Shown here one piece after another: positions 61,581 to 64,000 of a DNA stretch of 64,000 nt. Within the stretch, counting starts at the first letter, position 1. Every line of letters begins with the position of its first letter. The stretch lies in NCBI GenBank assembly GCA_030390025.1, contig CM059432.1, positions 124,622,001 through 124,686,000 of the forward strand, read 5' to 3'. A program made the translations under genes and the position numbers. The stretch is from Squalus acanthias. Taxonomy: Eukaryota. The notes under the pieces were generated by a model. It had not been told where the DNA came from. It did no database searches and was given only the letters and a program-made list of their open reading frames with translations.

Positions 61581-63697
61581 GATTATTAAAGACATTGGGC
61601 CAAAAATTGATCCCGCTGCGCGAGAGTACGCAGTGCGTACTCTCGCGTATTCTCTCTCCAATTGCCGGTTTTCTGCATGCCCTGCGCATGCGCTGAAAAC
61701 CGGCACTTGGTCTTTGGAAAAGGGGGCGGTTCCTCGGTGCATCGCGTGCGCGCTACAGGCTGCGCGCACGCTGTGCACTTAGTGCTTTGGATGCGCAGGT
61801 AAGGACGGAAGATTTTAGAAATGGAAAAAGGAGGAGTAAAACCCACTTTTAACAAGGTAAGTAGTGAATTAAGTATTTTTTTGAATTTTTTTTAACAGGT
61901 ATATCTTTTTCAGAGACTTTAAAGACAGGTAAGTTTATTTTTATAACTTTTTAAAAGATTTTTAATTTTTTCAAAAATTTAATTTTTTATTTAAAATGGT
62001 TAATTTATTTAACTATACTTATTTTATTAATGTGATGGTTTTTAAAAAAAATTTAATTGAGGTTTAGCTGTTATTTTGGGGGGGTGTAAGATTCATAGCT
62101 TTCACAGCACGTATGTGAAACTTATGAATGGAAGATGGTGTGCTGCCATTGGCTCTAACTGAGTCACGTGATCCCACAGCTCGCACGAATTCACTACGCC
62201 GGTGGGATACGCAAGCACTGCCCAGCTGATGTCTGGAACATCAAGTTCGTGCGAGCTGGATCTGAAAAAGCCAACGCGGAGTGAGAGATCGCGCCTGCTC
62301 CTTACCCCCGCGGGAACAGAGCGGGATCAATTTCTGGGCCATTATAGCAGGGCACTTAGAAAAGTTCAAAGTAATCAGGCAGAGTCAACATGGTTTTGTG
62401 CAAGGGAAATCATGTTTAACCAATTTATTGGAGTTCTTTGAGGAAGTAACATGTGCTGTGGATAAAGGGGAACTGGTGGATGTACTGTACTTAGATTTCC
62501 AGAAGGCATTTGATAAGGTGCCACATCAAAGGTTATTGCGGAAAATAAAAGCTCATGGTGTAGGGGGTAACATATTGGCACGGATAGAAGATTGGATAGC
62601 TAACAGGAAACAGAGAGTAGGCATAAATGGGTCATTTTCTGATTGGCAAGATGTAACGAGTGGTGTGCCACAGGGATCAGTGCTGGGGCCTCAACTTTTT
62701 ACAATTTATATAAATGACTTGGATGAAGGGACCGAAGGTATGGTTGGTAAATTTGCTGATGACACAAAGATAGGTAGGAAAGTAAATTGTGAAGAGGACA
62801 TAAGGAGGCTACAAAGGGATATAGATAGGTTAAGTGAGTGGGCAAAGATCTGGCAAATGGAGTATAATGTGGGAAAATGTGAAGTTGTCCATTTTGGCAG
62901 GAAGAATAAAAAAGAAGTATATTATCTAAATGGTAAGAGATTGCAGAGCTCTGAGATGCAGAGGGATCTAGGTGTCCTAGTGCATGAATCGCAAAAGGTT
63001 ACTATACAGGTACAGCAAGTAATTAGGAAAACTAATAGGATGTTATTGTTTATTGCGAGGGGAATTGAATACAAAAGTAGGGAGGTTATGCTTCAGTTAT
63101 ACAGGGCATTGGTAAGACCACATCTGGAGTACTGTGTACAGTATTGGTCTCCTTATTTAAGGAAGGATGTAAATGCGTTGGAAGCAGTTCAGAGAAGGTT
63201 TACTAGACTAATACCTGGAATGGGCGGGTTGTCTTATGAGGAAAGGTTGGACAGGTTAGGCTTGTATCCGCTGGAGTTTAGAAGAGTAAGAGGTGACTTA
63301 ATTGAAACATACAAGATCCTGAGGGGTCTGGACAGGGTGGATGTGGAGAGGATGTTTCCTCTTGTGGGAGAATCTAGAACTAGGGGTCACTGTTTAAAAA
63401 TAAGGGGTCGCCCATTTAAGACAGAGATGAAGAGAAATTTTTTCTCACAGAGGGTCGTGAATCTTTGGAACTCTCTTCCTCAGAGGGCAGTAGAAGCAGA
63501 GTCTTTGAATATTTTTAAGGCAGAGGTAGATAGATTCTTGGTAAGCAAGGGGGTGAAAAGTTATCGGGGGGTAGGCGGGAATGTGGAGTAATCGAATCAG
63601 CCATGATCTTATTGAATGGCGGAGCAGGCTCGAAGGGCCGAGTGGCCTACTCCTGCTCCTAATTCGTATGTTCGTATGTACATATGTTCGTATGTTC
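61581..63697 (+). mobile_element. Young 5'-truncated CR1 (open RT C-terminus 62341-63591) with a MITE near its 5' end
   Basis: IIKD|IIAGHLE joined across the MITE; uninterrupted RT motifs; (tcgtatgt)n tail. Confidence 0.95.
61597..62340 (+). mobile_element. 744-bp Harbinger-type MITE, diverged relative of 12653-13417
   Basis: TIR GGGCCAAAAATTGATCCCGCT / AGCGGGATCAATTTCTGGGCC, TSD ATT/ATT. Confidence 0.92.
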
Positions 63698-64000
63698 TGT
63701 ACTTGAACCCCCAAATCTCTCTGCTCCTCCACAGTTCCTAGCTTCTCACCATTTAGAAAATACTCTGATCTATCTTTCTTAGGTCCAAAGTGGATGACCT
63801 CACACTTTGCCACATTGAACTCTATCTGCTACAGTTTTACCCACTCACTTAATCTATCAGTGTCACTTTGCAACTTTCTGCTCCCGCCACACTATTTACT
63901 GTGCCACCGAACCTGGTGTGGTCAGCAAACTTGGATACACAGCTCTCTATTCCTTCATCCAAGTCATTGATAAATACAGTGAAAAGCTGAGGCCCCAGTA

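Larger units (their letters stand above)
60895..64000 (-). mobile_element. Older CR1 3' part(s) (60895-61552 and 63700-64000) flanking a younger CR1
   Basis: [34 protein letters not shown]...EEQRDLGV. Confidence 0.8.

Noticed and set aside
62281..63591. 436-aa ORF as a gene
   Set aside because: Truncated CR1 RT whose start lies within the MITE terminus; lacks the endonuclease.

Overview
Eukaryotic, almost entirely transposon-derived DNA, probably an intergenic or large-intron region of a cartilaginous fish (shark-like; inferred from the CR1/L2/Deu-domain SINE/Penelope repertoire). No intact host gene is recognisable; there are only two weak candidate exons. The window is a deep nest of: many CR1 LINEs; L2 LINEs; Deu-domain tRNA SINEs; four PIF/Harbinger elements with a 3-exon Myb/SANT gene and a HARBI1-like transposase, plus many Harbinger-type MITEs; a degraded Tigger; a Gypsy element with a 120-bp LTR; a 1.68-kb solo LTR; and Penelope-like elements carrying four minimal hammerhead ribozymes. 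Most notable observations: (1) a single-ORF LINE whose 5' end is a tRNA-derived (Pol III-type) SINE head, with its own internally deleted SINE derivative in the same window; (2) two diverged ~750-bp MITEs that conserve promoter motifs, a series of splice signals and hairpins with compensatory changes; (3) two independent MITE insertions at the same nucleotide of the CR1 3' tail; (4) covarying hammerheads. All calls were made by eye; boundaries of decayed elements are approximate.
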